Shown piece after piece: positions 29,601 through 37,594 of a stretch of DNA of 64,000 bases. The DNA is from an uncultured virus (IMG/VR IMGVR_UViG_3300048597_000249). Its lineage: Duplodnaviria; Heunggongvirae; Uroviricota; Caudoviricetes. The notes beneath the pieces were generated by a model, which had not been told where the DNA came from, ran no database searches, and saw only the letters and a list, made by a program, of their open reading frames with translations. The position numbers and the translations under genes were made by a program. Numbering within the stretch: position 1 is the first letter of the stretch; every line of letters begins with the position of its first letter. The DNA lies in the IMG/VR virus record IMGVR_UViG_3300048597_000249; one strand, written 5' to 3'.

Positions 29601-30786
29601 TGGCTGAAAAAGTATTACTACCAGCCAATGTCAACGCAGCAAGGGAACCAGTCATTTCATCAAGTGTTACACCAGCGCTAGATGCAGTTACACCTAGTTG
29701 ACCAAAACCACTAGATAATTCGGGAATAGATGTAATACCAACATCAACTAATTTTGTCAATTTGGCGAGAATTTCACCACTAGAATTGGTGCTCATACCA
29801 AAAGCAGTCATGGTCTGCACCAACAGTTCCATAACTTGGTTTACGTCACCACCTTGGGTAGCAACTAGTTTCAGCGCATCCGTAACTGTTTTATCTACTA
29901 CAGCTTGATTAGTACCACCATTAGGCATCGCACCAATACCAGCTTGCATGGCGGTATATGTTGCATCAACTGCTTCCATACTGGTTACAGTATTTTTTAG
30001 CGATTTGTTAACCATATTTTGGATATTGTCAAAATAATCCCCCAAAAAATCTTCACCTTTACTCGTTGCTTTTTTTATTTCTTCAGGTATTAATGTACCA
30101 ATACGTGCTAATTGTTGAGTTACTTGTGCATATTGACCAACGAATCCTGCCGCCATTTGTTCAACGTTATTTACATCAATATTGGTTATAGCGGCTTGAA
30201 ACTCTTTAATACTGGCGATAACAGAAGGATCTACGCCTGCTGTCGCCATAATTTGCATGGTTGAATTTACACGAGCAATTTCGTCACCAAGTTGTGAAAA
30301 AGCGCCAGTAAGAATTTTTACACTGTCTACGCCAAATTTAATACCAGCAATTTTCTCCATGGTTTTTTCAACCCCAAGGAGACTTTTACGAAATGTTCCA
30401 ACTGCGTTATTACTAGGTTCCCAAGTTTTTTGTAATCCTTCTATTTTTTTACCAATATTACCTAATAATGTATCGGTTTCCTTTAAATTTTTAGCATTAA
30501 CATCTTTGATACTTTTACCAAATTTATCAAAAGTAGTTTCCGTCAACTTTTGGGTTTTAGTTAATTGCTCGTTTGTTTCTTCTATTCCTTTTTTTAATTT
30601 GTCAATATCTTTACCAGCATCTATTTTTGGCGCATTATTTGTGTTAAATTTACGCATTCCGATATCGGCAACACCTAACGCAGCACGAAACTTCATATTT
30701 TGCGAAGCTTCAATTCCGCTATTTAAATTTTGCAAAATACTAGGTTGTTGATTAGGATCGTAAGGTAAATTAGACATGTTTGCCAA
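23668..30786 (-). CDS. Tail tape measure protein
   Basis: 2372 aa, helical and Ala/Gly-rich; TP901-type core (GITSIPELSSGFGQLG..ASSAGVTLDE); hydrophobic mid-segments; follows chaperones. Confidence 0.93.
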   Translation of the reverse strand: MANMSNLPYDPNQQPSILQNLNSGIEASQNMKFRAALGVADIGMRKFNTNNAPKIDAGKDIDKLKKGIEETNEQLTKTQKLTETTFDKFGKSIKDVNAKNLKETDTLLGNIGKKIEGLQKTWEPSNNAVGTFRKSLLGVEKTMEKIAGIKFGVDSVKILTGAFSQLGDEIARVNSTMQIMATAGVDPSVIASIKEFQAAITNIDVNNVEQMAAGFVGQYAQVTQQLARIGTLIPEEIKKATSKGEDFLGDYFDNIQNMVNKSLKNTVTSMEAVDATYTAMQAGIGAMPNGGTNQAVVDKTVTDALKLVATQGGDVNQVMELLVQTMTAFGMSTNSSGEILAKLTKLVDVGITSIPELSSGFGQLGVTASSAGVTLDEMTGSLAALTLAGSNTFSAMTSLQNVYNKIVSGTVSDRLAEMNATLDGQAVRLDSSTVATKGFVQAIADVDRAIGGSKESWQKVMGGDQEAVRGIFGLLKKDVKGLQDVIDQVANTSASYLEEAFNIKIDTDKVMQFSQALNKVSEIGLKLGKILTPLFSKGLERIDAYADRIEYLVKNYGDVILKIVEMQLALKTLNGIFGILIGTLGKLLGAYGMWLIASGKLAQNFFKIVGMLREQNAVVKANNMLWDQNTSMVKKVLAVLGQLLGFYDLEKAGKDNLTKADKKRIDSEAQTRAVKAAAHKDTMAELEKEIAMYEKVAAVRAGKGTGKQNIFQEADIAERRLADIAVEKQSVTDPKKLAEIAYEESKHREKIAAARRERNNINRLEATNENGDSVESRKRERAKKLKAENDALLSKGEGNLSQREKTRLARNRNVLNRDARMLGRYDDDDIRVSRMAADNSKEAQTKERNARGAMDYYEQNKDKKQFKGQVGRLQNNAAIQWMSSSQLSGYDIGETAQTVDALQDVFNNLDDTLESVKGGFRKTFDVIKITIFKTIDAGKFLIKNLFTVTGAATAGAASILALVGAIGYFNEKNTNYAKDLLKNAGFSDEEIKDTGIKSITDALIEAVKNAAEYWQFIFEKTFNTIGGHLAGFAKLATGAVKLLIQPFLMLPKITAGFLNLLEMGLAKIVNMVLDKVPFGMGNGLKIDESKVKERADTRMTKADGNQKAWLDSIDKAGKDLEDGFKNLGNTLTNAISDYWYRVSGEADKTIARAMLADRRSELEFSINKNLKETDRYNNVLAGGKFADVNIGKENDKQMVNVATTLKDVMGKGVITKDDLQLVDRTIDETKGAMSRTLDQLQSDVGDYGKVAEATLGDTVNRTSLSENDKKMYESYLRERANRSAKGEEYVSTNESEKKVIATATNFSVDQQKQLEDLINKQNKLKLEGKQLEKAEQEKLNQLLENRAILEKDSNKAALDALTTYQKQSEELNRSVKAVKDIEGAFNAVQNYLKNRSDVDGSNNPDATRAINLTGNKQKELADITTNFARTANLLTGEGGMTQEELLKLQKEDPEKYKQLLKDNNVDFTKAGNTSQKIAELVPDIAAQIQSNAASGFTDATTTAKQFEDSVKGTMKSALEAQGIMGEQADDMIKGLLADQNMRQTIAAMEVADHEERLNRIGVEKSVYETLRDSKILATEQGIKAIQNLEMEALDKSIALKKKQLDTLKADDTGTVDQGLIDKVQNEYLQLINQRKVAEYKNIDETTDYRIAKINQELAAYEELKQSEYLLTKEVLDKTQKLEQDKLNAQIAGQRSKIATSKRNGESPEVIMNAEIELTSLLNQQFTQRIKQRQDALAIETRDITAEYKKRAAEMKLAVANGSVNMSDNDRIGMEYDQNDANIQTTIKAQEDLLKIVKEYGGYTAEIEANLLQSRYEQQQNYAQKVIAILDNLSTYYQAIATTETTSITGSINALNNKINIYEKLAQAVDQATNVSQIGSENRDSDMSWLRENVKNSKQLADYEKSYGAAKERALMRQIELEKQAFEIQKKQQEIQTKILEIQQKRDEVQSRAELQQAAIKEQQVLADPNSTNAQKMMASATRESAQVGYESTLAQRPLIDLQKALNSNQNTIDEYSMRNRQTRALEDVRLERGTLTTEGAIAIRGQRVGMDDTPNINTRGFDVNRVQTDYSAESNAVVADIANQAGLINTGMQTESTTDILLSTQLDVQKEMANTLKETKTVIEQLSGNPANSEFFNNFENKRKNGELGGFVTAGKLNSTEEYFMTGQIPNSSSAGSSLPKVNTTVGGSAPKTSNYGNLPQQLINNPENKEFLQGVISGTGGFVQAGKLNPTQDFLHKVSSAQQQGKSVQPILDSYKKTTTTEEEDKKRFAGLTEKQTKNKKQQETAMAWLKNNQGTPNNPKQLAEYYKAMKEGGDPKNEKKDPNKEGAKVEVKPNIQITISTKDDKQIAEDTAKKIDAHLLALFTEAAKTI

Positions 30787-30801
30787 TATATTTGTCTTAG
30801 T

Positions 30802-31251
30802 TTATTTTAACTGTTTTTGTTTTAATCTTTCTTTGTTGTATTCATCATTTCTTCGACATAATTCGGCATATTTTTTATCAAATCTCTGTTGTTCTTCTGG
30901 GGTTGCTGGTATATCTTCCAAATCAGTAAAAGATACTCCACCATTATTTAATAGATGTGATTTTCCACCTACGTTATTACCACTAGTTTTTATATCTTTT
31001 TGTAGTTGTTCTTCAATAGCAGCACATTCGGCGTAAATGGCGGTGAGATGTACTTGGTCAAAATTACACCACAAATACTCAGCACCACCCTTAAACGCTT
31101 TCACAAGATGCGCAAATTCTCGTGCATCTCTTTTTAACCAGGTTTCTTCGTCGTCTACACTCCTAGTTGAGTCCGCAGATCCTCTAATTCCTGAACCATC
31201 GCCTTCGAGTTCTTCAGTTTCGTTATCGTAGTCTCGGTATTTAACTTTCCC
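30802..31251 (-). CDS. Tail assembly chaperone GT (-1 frameshift extension)
   Basis: Frame open from the GGGAAAG slippery site through ORF 30802..31104. Confidence 0.8.
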   Translation of the reverse strand, partial: GKVKYRDYDNETEELEGDGSGIRGSADSTRSVDDEETWLKRDAREFAHLVKAFKGGAEYLWCNFDQVHLTAIYAECAAIEEQLQKDIKTSGNNVGGKSHLLNNGGVSFTDLEDIPATPEEQQRFDKKYAELCRRNDEYNKERLKQKQLK

Positions 31252-31682
31252 ACCACAGTGTCATACTCAACATAATTAAACTTGGCGATTAGTGATTTGC
31301 GCATTTTTTCATCGACAAACTCACCTTTTTCAATATCGTAACTAGTGGTGAAAAATAATAAAGTTAACAAACCCAAATCTTCTTCAATCCATTCTAGATT
31401 AAGTTTACCAGGGGTTTCGTCAATGGGAATAAGTTCACAAAGTTGTTTGAGTAAATTATAATTTTTATCTTCGATGAAAAAAGAACCAAAAGCACCGTCT
31501 ACTTCAAATAATCGCCGCAATACTTCTTCATATTTTTGCGTAAATTTTGCCAAATCTTTGCGCTTAACTCGCCGAATTGTAATATCTTGTTTACGATAAT
31601 GAATAACACCTTCTTCGTCTTTTTCTTGAATCGTAACCTCAATAGATAAATAATCGTTTTTCAATTCGTAAAGATTTGACAT
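31155..31682 (-). CDS. Tail assembly chaperone G
   Basis: Lies between tail tube and tape measure; contains G GGA AAG. Confidence 0.8.
   Translation of the reverse strand: MSNLYELKNDYLSIEVTIQEKDEEGVIHYRKQDITIRRVKRKDLAKFTQKYEEVLRRLFEVDGAFGSFFIEDKNYNLLKQLCELIPIDETPGKLNLEWIEEDLGLLTLLFFTTSYDIEKGEFVDEKMRKSLIAKFNYVEYDTVVGKLNTETTITKLKNSKAMVQELEDLRTQLGV
31245..31251 (-). other. Programmed -1 ribosomal frameshift site GGGAAAG
   Basis: Same heptamer as lambda G-T, in the correct phase. Confidence 0.85.
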
Positions 31683-31726
31683 ATCTAACAACAAATAAAT
31701 ATTTTATTGTATTAGTCTAACATAAG

Positions 31727-31754
31727 AAAACTCAGCAATAAATACTGAGTTTTT
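31727..31754 (-). terminator. Intrinsic terminator after major tail gene
   Basis: AAAACTCAG-9 nt-CTGAGTTTT. Confidence 0.75.
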
Positions 31755-31778
31755 GTTTACTTAAATGGTTTGGCGAAA

Positions 31779-32192
31779 TTAGTTGAAAGTCCATTCACCT
31801 GTAATATAAAAGGTGAATTGTGCGGCATCTGATAAAGGATCGATGTTAATGGCACTTCCATCAATTACCAATTTGTCACCCTCAAAAGTAATTTCATCAT
31901 CGTTAGTATATTTAAATACAACAAGTGCGGTATAAAATTGTTCCGCATCAACACCAGCCATACCTGCAATACCAGCGTTTACGGTATTATAACCAGCAGT
32001 AACTTTTGGATCTTTTGCCATACCTACTGGAATACCAGGCACTCTATAACCTGCGTTATCAAACGATTCAATGCGTTTTTGAATAAACTGAGGTTGAATA
32101 GAAAAAGACATGGGTTTACCACCAACCGGGCCAACCGCAGCAGAAAGAACGCCACGTACACTAACCTGATCTGCGGGAATTTCTAAAGCCAT
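31779..32192 (-). CDS. Putative major tail tube protein
   Basis: Synteny (before chaperones, own terminator), beta-rich. Confidence 0.6.
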   Translation of the reverse strand: MALEIPADQVSVRGVLSAAVGPVGGKPMSFSIQPQFIQKRIESFDNAGYRVPGIPVGMAKDPKVTAGYNTVNAGIAGMAGVDAEQFYTALVVFKYTNDDEITFEGDKLVIDGSAINIDPLSDAAQFTFYITGEWTFN

Positions 32193-32241
32193 AATATACT
32201 CCGATAATTAATTAATACATATGATTTAACCATATTATAAC

Positions 32242-32727
32242 TTATTGAAAAACATGCAACATTGTTTTTGGTATGGTATTATCTTCTACAGCAAATTCAT
32301 AGCTATACCAACCAAAAATATAATCACCTGTTCCTTCGGTAAAAATAATTCTTCCAGATGGTTGAAAAGAATTGGATATCATTATTTCGTTGTCGTGCTC
32401 ATGAATATACGTAATTAATGTGTGAATATATTTGCCGATTTGATTTAAAGCAGGTACGTATTTATAATTTGCCGTTAAAATTACACCGTATTCAACTCTT
32501 ATTTGCGATGTTGATTTATGACCAGTTAGTGCAAAAACATCTGCTTCACGAAAAACTTTAAGACAAGGATAATCAATAACAGGAATATTGCGGTCGTCCC
32601 AGTTGCGATAAGTGTTGACAAATTTAAAACTATAATTATCTTTTGCCAGTAAATTTAATTCACTTTGTAAATATTTGGCAATTTTATCACATTGGGTATC
32701 GACAAATTGTAACGCCACTAAAACCAC
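32242..32727 (-). CDS. Putative tail terminator / completion protein
   Basis: DYPCLKVFR motif; precedes tube gene. Confidence 0.5.
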   Translation of the reverse strand: MVLVALQFVDTQCDKIAKYLQSELNLLAKDNYSFKFVNTYRNWDDRNIPVIDYPCLKVFREADVFALTGHKSTSQIRVEYGVILTANYKYVPALNQIGKYIHTLITYIHEHDNEIMISNSFQPSGRIIFTEGTGDYIFGWYSYEFAVEDNTIPKTMLHVFQ

Positions 32728-33152
32728 CTCCGTTTAAGTTTGAGTGGATTTATTTTTTTAGGGATGGTTGTTGGTTTAGTTGTTTGAATTAGCGATGTAC
32801 TTGGTGCTACTTTAGAAAGAGTGTTGCCACCATATAATTTACGTACATGAAGACGACGAGTTACGCCACGATATTTTGGAATACCATTTTGTAAATAAGA
32901 TTTTGGTAGTGCAAATTCGGCGTAATCAGATAAAAACATTGTTTTGTCTGAAAAAAGTGACTTTGTACTTTCTTTTAAAAATAAACGACGAGTTAACTTA
33001 TTGTCGATATTGTTATTAATTTTACTAGCTAGTTTATTATATTTTTTTAATAATTTAAAGTTATCTTTTTTTGGTGGCGCAATATTTTTTGGCGCAACAG
33101 TAATTGCAGTAGTATATCCTCCTAGTGTTTTTAATAAATTACGTCTATTCAC
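32718..33152 (-). CDS. Basic protein with internal MFLSDYAEF leader (ATG at 32939)
   Basis: N-terminal NRRNLLK; internal family leader. Confidence 0.6.
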   Translation of the reverse strand: MNRRNLLKTLGGYTTAITVAPKNIAPPKKDNFKLLKKYNKLASKINNNIDNKLTRRLFLKESTKSLFSDKTMFLSDYAEFALPKSYLQNGIPKYRGVTRRLHVRKLYGGNTLSKVAPSTSLIQTTKPTTIPKKINPLKLKRRWF

Positions 33153-33153
33153 T

Positions 33154-33477
33154 TCATTTCACCACTGTTGAATTAGTAGTTTGTTTTTTGCGGAAAGGAT
33201 TCATCTTCGATAAAAAGTTTTGTTTCGGTTTGGGATTGAGGAAATTTTGCCATTTATCAACTTGACGACGTTGACGACGATTTAATTTATTATCTTTAAT
33301 GTATTTCGCCGTACCAATTCCAGCTAATGTTCCCACTTGTCCAATTTTACGTTTGGTAGAAGCGATTGGATTGAAAGAAGGTTGTTGTACAATTTGTGCT
33401 GATTGTGGATTGCGCAATTCTTCTTGGATATACTTTTTTACCGAGAAGTCAGCAGTGTTTAAATCAGATAAAAACAT
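33154..33477 (-). CDS. AxF-leader basic protein
   Basis: MFLSDLNTADFS. Confidence 0.75.
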   Translation of the reverse strand: MFLSDLNTADFSVKKYIQEELRNPQSAQIVQQPSFNPIASTKRKIGQVGTLAGIGTAKYIKDNKLNRRQRRQVDKWQNFLNPKPKQNFLSKMNPFRKKQTTNSTVVK

Positions 33478-33479
33478 AA

Positions 33480-33845
33480 TTAACTACGCTCACCATTCCA
33501 ATTAAATTTATTTTTCAAAGCATTATAATTGCGCATTAATTTACGACCCATGGTAATTTCTGGTTTATACCTATCATAAACTTTTTTAGTACGATATGCG
33601 CCGTAACCAGCAGCACCTAAACCAGCTAACGCAAGCGGTGTCTTACGAATTGTGCGTCCAGAATTTGCAATACCGTAAGTATGTTTAAGTAAATTACCAG
33701 CGCCATCATAACGAGCTACATTTTGCGCTTTTTTCAGAAAGATTTTACCAATATTATTTTCACCAATATCAGCAATTTTTTTACCCCATTTACTCGCCAT
33801 TGGTGGTAAAGGTGCAGCGAATTCTGCACTATCTGATAGAAACAT
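33480..33845 (-). CDS. AxF-leader basic membrane-helix protein
   Basis: MFLSDSAEFA; LALAGLGAAGYGAY. Confidence 0.75.
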   Translation of the reverse strand: MFLSDSAEFAAPLPPMASKWGKKIADIGENNIGKIFLKKAQNVARYDGAGNLLKHTYGIANSGRTIRKTPLALAGLGAAGYGAYRTKKVYDRYKPEITMGRKLMRNYNALKNKFNWNGERS

Positions 33846-33849
33846 TTGT

Positions 33850-34035
33850 TCAACCTCGTAAGCGTTTTGCCATATTTAACCAACCACGCACATCTTGCGA
33901 AACTCGTTGTGCGGTCGAAACTCCACTGCGCAATTCTCGTGCTTTTTCCCATTGGTTCCAGTCACGATTTACTTTACGTTCTTTTTCGTCTGGTTTCTTT
34001 TTTTTAGCAAATTCGGCAAAGTCATATAAAAACAT
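33850..34035 (-). CDS. AxF-leader basic protein
   Basis: MFLYDFAEFAKKKK; DVRGW motif shared with 35014..35502. Confidence 0.75.
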   Translation of the reverse strand: MFLYDFAEFAKKKKPDEKERKVNRDWNQWEKARELRSGVSTAQRVSQDVRGWLNMAKRLRG

Positions 34036-34069
34036 AATTATTATTCATAAATATATTTTTAATTCTAAC

Positions 34070-34444
34070 TTAAAGTAATTCCCACCATTTACGATTACGT
34101 CGATCATATTCTCGTTGCGCCATATTTAACGCGCCACCACCAACAGCTACACCAGTGCCAATTTTAGCAACATCGCCAACTGGTTTTAACGCTTGTTTAA
34201 TACGATATTCTCTACGATACCCAAACGGATCGTTGTTAATTATTGCTTTATTTTTCAAGATATTTTTTGCTTTTATTCCGCCGTATAATCCTGCGCCAAT
34301 TGTTCCAACACCAGCGGCACGAGTTAACATTCCGGGTAAAGTTTTACCAACAACAATATTTTTCGCCATACCTAACATACCAACTTTCTTTTTTTTATCG
34401 TCAGGGGTTGAAAAAGATGCAGTGTTTATATCGGCTAAAAACAT
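34070..34444 (-). CDS. AxF-leader basic membrane-helix protein
   Basis: MFLADINTASFS; two Gly-rich helices; KWWELL end. Confidence 0.75.
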   Translation of the reverse strand: MFLADINTASFSTPDDKKKKVGMLGMAKNIVVGKTLPGMLTRAAGVGTIGAGLYGGIKAKNILKNKAIINNDPFGYRREYRIKQALKPVGDVAKIGTGVAVGGGALNMAQREYDRRNRKWWELL

Positions 34445-34450
34445 GTTGAA

Positions 34451-35017
34451 TTACCTTTGGTGTGAACGCCATTCAGGGCTGAATAAATTATCGTATCCTT
34501 TTTCAGCGTAAAGAAAGTCGTCATTAATATCTAGTTTATCGACAAAAATATCATTGTTAACAATTGACGTTGGTGGTAATTCTTTCACCAAAGTTTCGCC
34601 ACCTAGTTTTAAACTGCGTGATACATCAATTTCGCCATTTGGTAATGGATTAATTCTTGTTCCAATAGTTAGTCGATCTAATATTTCTTCTGCTTTTTGT
34701 TGTAATACTCCTGCCAAATTACTTAAATCTTGCGAGTTTGAAACAGTATTAACATAATTAAATTGTAATAAATCCGCCATCACTAAATTTTCAACCAAAG
34801 TACGGATAATTGGTTGTGGATGGGTTAACGGTAAAGTGTAAATATTACCAAGAATTAAATCGACATAATTTTCTTTTTCTTCGAGGATGTCGTCAATTAG
34901 ATCTTCGTCAACTGTTTCTACTGGAAAGAATTCAGTATCGACAATATCTACCTTAAGTCGTCCTTTAAGTTTGCGAGCAATAGCATCTCTGTCGGCGTAA
35001 CGTGCAATGTAGGTCAT
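34451..35017 (-). CDS. Head-tail connector (Mu gp36/DUF1320-like)
   Basis: YA....I, YTLPL...PII..L, AEEILDRL pattern. Confidence 0.7.
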   Translation of the reverse strand: MTYIARYADRDAIARKLKGRLKVDIVDTEFFPVETVDEDLIDDILEEKENYVDLILGNIYTLPLTHPQPIIRTLVENLVMADLLQFNYVNTVSNSQDLSNLAGVLQQKAEEILDRLTIGTRINPLPNGEIDVSRSLKLGGETLVKELPPTSIVNNDIFVDKLDINDDFLYAEKGYDNLFSPEWRSHQR

Positions 35018-35502
35018 CGTGATATCCTGTGTATTGTATTAACCCATCCACGAACGTCTCTCGCGACAGATCTAATACCCCTAGTTGTATTGTTAACTCT
35101 TTTTTGAATATCTTCTTTATCTTTTTTCTCTCCGCTTAAATAAGCTGCACCAGTTGGTATTGCTAATGCTGTAGTTGCGATACCAGTGGTTTTACCAACA
35201 CGATTCCAATTAACATTCCTACCACTTCCGACAAAACCACGTCCTTGTTTTTTGCGACCATTTGTATTGATTTCTACTTCTGTTGGACGACTGAAAAAAT
35301 CTTTAGGATTGTTCGCCATATTTTTCAACGCACCACGTTTGTTGTGTGCTAACGCCGCTAAACCAGCACCACTTGCTAATGCACCAACTCGAAACGCTTT
35401 ACCAGCATTTGTTGTACCGACAATTCGATCACGCAATGTAACACGTTTATCTTCTTTTTTCTTCGCAAAATTTGCTGTATCGACCATATCTAATAAGAAC
35501 AC
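35014..35502 (-). CDS. AxF-leader basic membrane-helix protein
   Basis: MFLLDMVDTANFAKKK; GALASGAGLAAL. Confidence 0.75.
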   Translation of the reverse strand: MFLLDMVDTANFAKKKEDKRVTLRDRIVGTTNAGKAFRVGALASGAGLAALAHNKRGALKNMANNPKDFFSRPTEVEINTNGRKKQGRGFVGSGRNVNWNRVGKTTGIATTALAIPTGAAYLSGEKKDKEDIQKRVNNTTRGIRSVARDVRGWVNTIHRISR

Positions 35503-35504
35503 TT

Positions 35505-36200
35505 TTAATACCCCTTACGTTGTTTATCACGATCATGGTTAAATAATTTACTAGCGCCGTATGTAGCAGCGCCAGCACCAAGTAATCCAACCGCGCCTAA
35601 TGAATATTTGTTTAAAAATTTATTAGATTTTTTTGCAACATTTGTGATTGGTATAGATTTTGGAACAGGTGTAGGAGTTGGTATAGATTTTGCAGGAGCT
35701 AATAATAGTTGTTGTTTTGGTGGGGTAGGTGGTTTGGTTCTATTTATTCGACGAGCACGTTTTGGTTTTGTCACATCTACTTGCCGCACAGGAGTATCCC
35801 AATCTACTTGTTGTTCGGGATATTTCCTTTGTCTGATTTTTTCCCTACTTTCTGGCGATAATCTAGATAAACGTTCTTGTTTTGATCTAAGGTTATTTCC
35901 AGCATAACTATCTTGCCCAGGTTTGAACTGTTTATCTCTTTTAAGTGTTGCTCTAGTACCAGCATCAATATTGCGTCTTATTTGTTTTTCAGATAAGATA
36001 AAACCCTCACCTTCTGGAAGAATATTGCCTCTATTATCGGTAGCAATTCCACGACGTTGTAAACGGGATTGTTTTTCCCATACATTTGGATCGAACCCAG
36101 GACTATATCTAAGATCGTTATTTTCTTTAAGCTTTCTATATTGCTCTTTTTTATATCGAGCATAAGCATTTTCAAATTCGGCGATATCAGATAAAAACAT
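35505..36200 (-). CDS. AxF-leader basic protein with C-terminal Gly-rich helix
   Basis: MFLSDIAEFE; LGAVGLLGAGAATYGA. Confidence 0.75.
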   Translation of the reverse strand: MFLSDIAEFENAYARYKKEQYRKLKENNDLRYSPGFDPNVWEKQSRLQRRGIATDNRGNILPEGEGFILSEKQIRRNIDAGTRATLKRDKQFKPGQDSYAGNNLRSKQERLSRLSPESREKIRQRKYPEQQVDWDTPVRQVDVTKPKRARRINRTKPPTPPKQQLLLAPAKSIPTPTPVPKSIPITNVAKKSNKFLNKYSLGAVGLLGAGAATYGASKLFNHDRDKQRKGY

Positions 36201-36202
36201 TG

Positions 36203-36451
36203 TTAATTACGCTCCCGATCCATAAATCTATACACTAATGGTTCTCCAATTACTTTCAACATTTCTGGTTTACTGTTTGCAACACTAATAATGATTTTTT
36301 CAATTTCACCATCTTTAATTTTGCTACGAGTACCAATATACCCTAATGTACGCAATCTTGTGGTAAGACGTGATTTTACCTCGCTGTCGGAAAGCGCAGT
36401 ATCCACAGTTTTACGGTTAAATTGCGCCGTTACCACATCGCACAAGAACAT
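36203..36451 (-). CDS. AxF-leader small protein
   Basis: MFLCDVVTAQFN. Confidence 0.7.
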   Translation of the reverse strand: MFLCDVVTAQFNRKTVDTALSDSEVKSRLTTRLRTLGYIGTRSKIKDGEIEKIIISVANSKPEMLKVIGEPLVYRFMDRERN

Positions 36452-36798
36452 TAGTCTTCCTTGGGTTTACGACCACGTTTAACGACAACTTTGCCGATAT
36501 CGGATTCATCTTCCCGTTTCACTTCAATTTCTTGAACAGGAGGTAGTTCTTCTTTCGGTTGTTCAATTACATTCTGAATAGTTTTTACTTCTACTCCTTT
36601 TTCAGGAACATAAATAGAATTAGCATCTTTGGGTTTAGCTTCTTCAGTAGTTACTACTTCAATAAATTCGCTATTTTCGTCGATGATTAGTTGGGGTAAC
36701 TCACGAGGGCGATATACTTTTGCGTGATAAACAGTTTGGTTACGACCATTTACAATAGTTTTTTTCAACTTTAATGTTTGTTTGTTTGAAAAACCCAT
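36451..36798 (-). CDS. Small head-region protein
   Basis: Ends KRGRKPKED, like small proteins that follow capsid genes. Confidence 0.5.
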   Translation of the reverse strand: MGFSNKQTLKLKKTIVNGRNQTVYHAKVYRPRELPQLIIDENSEFIEVVTTEEAKPKDANSIYVPEKGVEVKTIQNVIEQPKEELPPVQEIEVKREDESDIGKVVVKRGRKPKED

Positions 36799-36839
36799 AA
36801 TTAACTAAATAAATAATAATAATTAATTCTATATTAACA

Positions 36840-37580
36840 TCATCGTTTGTTTTTGTCGCGATTTTGGCGATATAACCCATAAGCACCGACACCAAGTAGT
36901 CCTGCACCAGCCGCTACTCCACCCAATAACATTTTGTTCATTCCACCAGCTTTAATCGGTGTATGAGGTATTTTTGGTGCGCTAGTAGTGCGCTTTAAAG
37001 GCGGCATATTTTGCGCAGAATTACTAACATGTCCAATATTACGACTTGATACTTGTGTGCTAGTTACTGTTGTGTTATTAACGGAGGGAGGAAGTGCTTG
37101 TGGTTGTATTGGTTGAAAAGAAGATGTGGCTATAGTTGACGATATGCTTTTGAATTTATCACGATCTGTTGTGCTGATATAGCTATTAACGTGTTTTTTG
37201 TAAGCTTTAGGTGGAATATTAATATCTAAGCCAGCTATTTTTCTAAGTCTTGCTTTTACGTCTGTTATTTCTTGTCGCCGTTTGCTTAAATTATTTGGGT
37301 TTAAATTATTGGTTGTAGCAGTACCGCCCAACAAAGATCTTAAATTATGATGGTTAATTGTTTGTGTTAAATTATTTATTTTATTGTATTTACCAGGACT
37401 TATTTGCACATCTTTATATTGCGAAGTATTTAGAATTCTTGTGCGCCAATGATTAGGATTTTGTGAATATGGTGCTGTCAAACGAGAAACTGTTAGCGGT
37501 GTTTTCAATGATGTCTCTTCACCACGTCTTAGTTTTTCTAATTCTTTTTCGTAACGTCTTTTAAATTCGGCGATAAACAT
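36840..37580 (-). CDS. AxF-leader basic protein with C-terminal Gly-rich helix
   Basis: MFIAEFKRR; LLGGVAAGAGLLGVGAYGLY. Confidence 0.75.
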   Translation of the reverse strand: MFIAEFKRRYEKELEKLRRGEETSLKTPLTVSRLTAPYSQNPNHWRTRILNTSQYKDVQISPGKYNKINNLTQTINHHNLRSLLGGTATTNNLNPNNLSKRRQEITDVKARLRKIAGLDINIPPKAYKKHVNSYISTTDRDKFKSISSTIATSSFQPIQPQALPPSVNNTTVTSTQVSSRNIGHVSNSAQNMPPLKRTTSAPKIPHTPIKAGGMNKMLLGGVAAGAGLLGVGAYGLYRQNRDKNKR

Positions 37581-37594
37581 AACTTTTCACATAC

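Noticed and set aside
23707..31231. Many plus-strand ORFs of 60-160 aa opposite the tape measure and other long genes
   Set aside because: Antisense shadows of real minus-strand genes with no recognisable motifs
16143..32727. Contractile tail, tailocin or eCIS
   Set aside because: No sheath or baseplate-wedge genes recognised, and a full set of head and packaging genes is present
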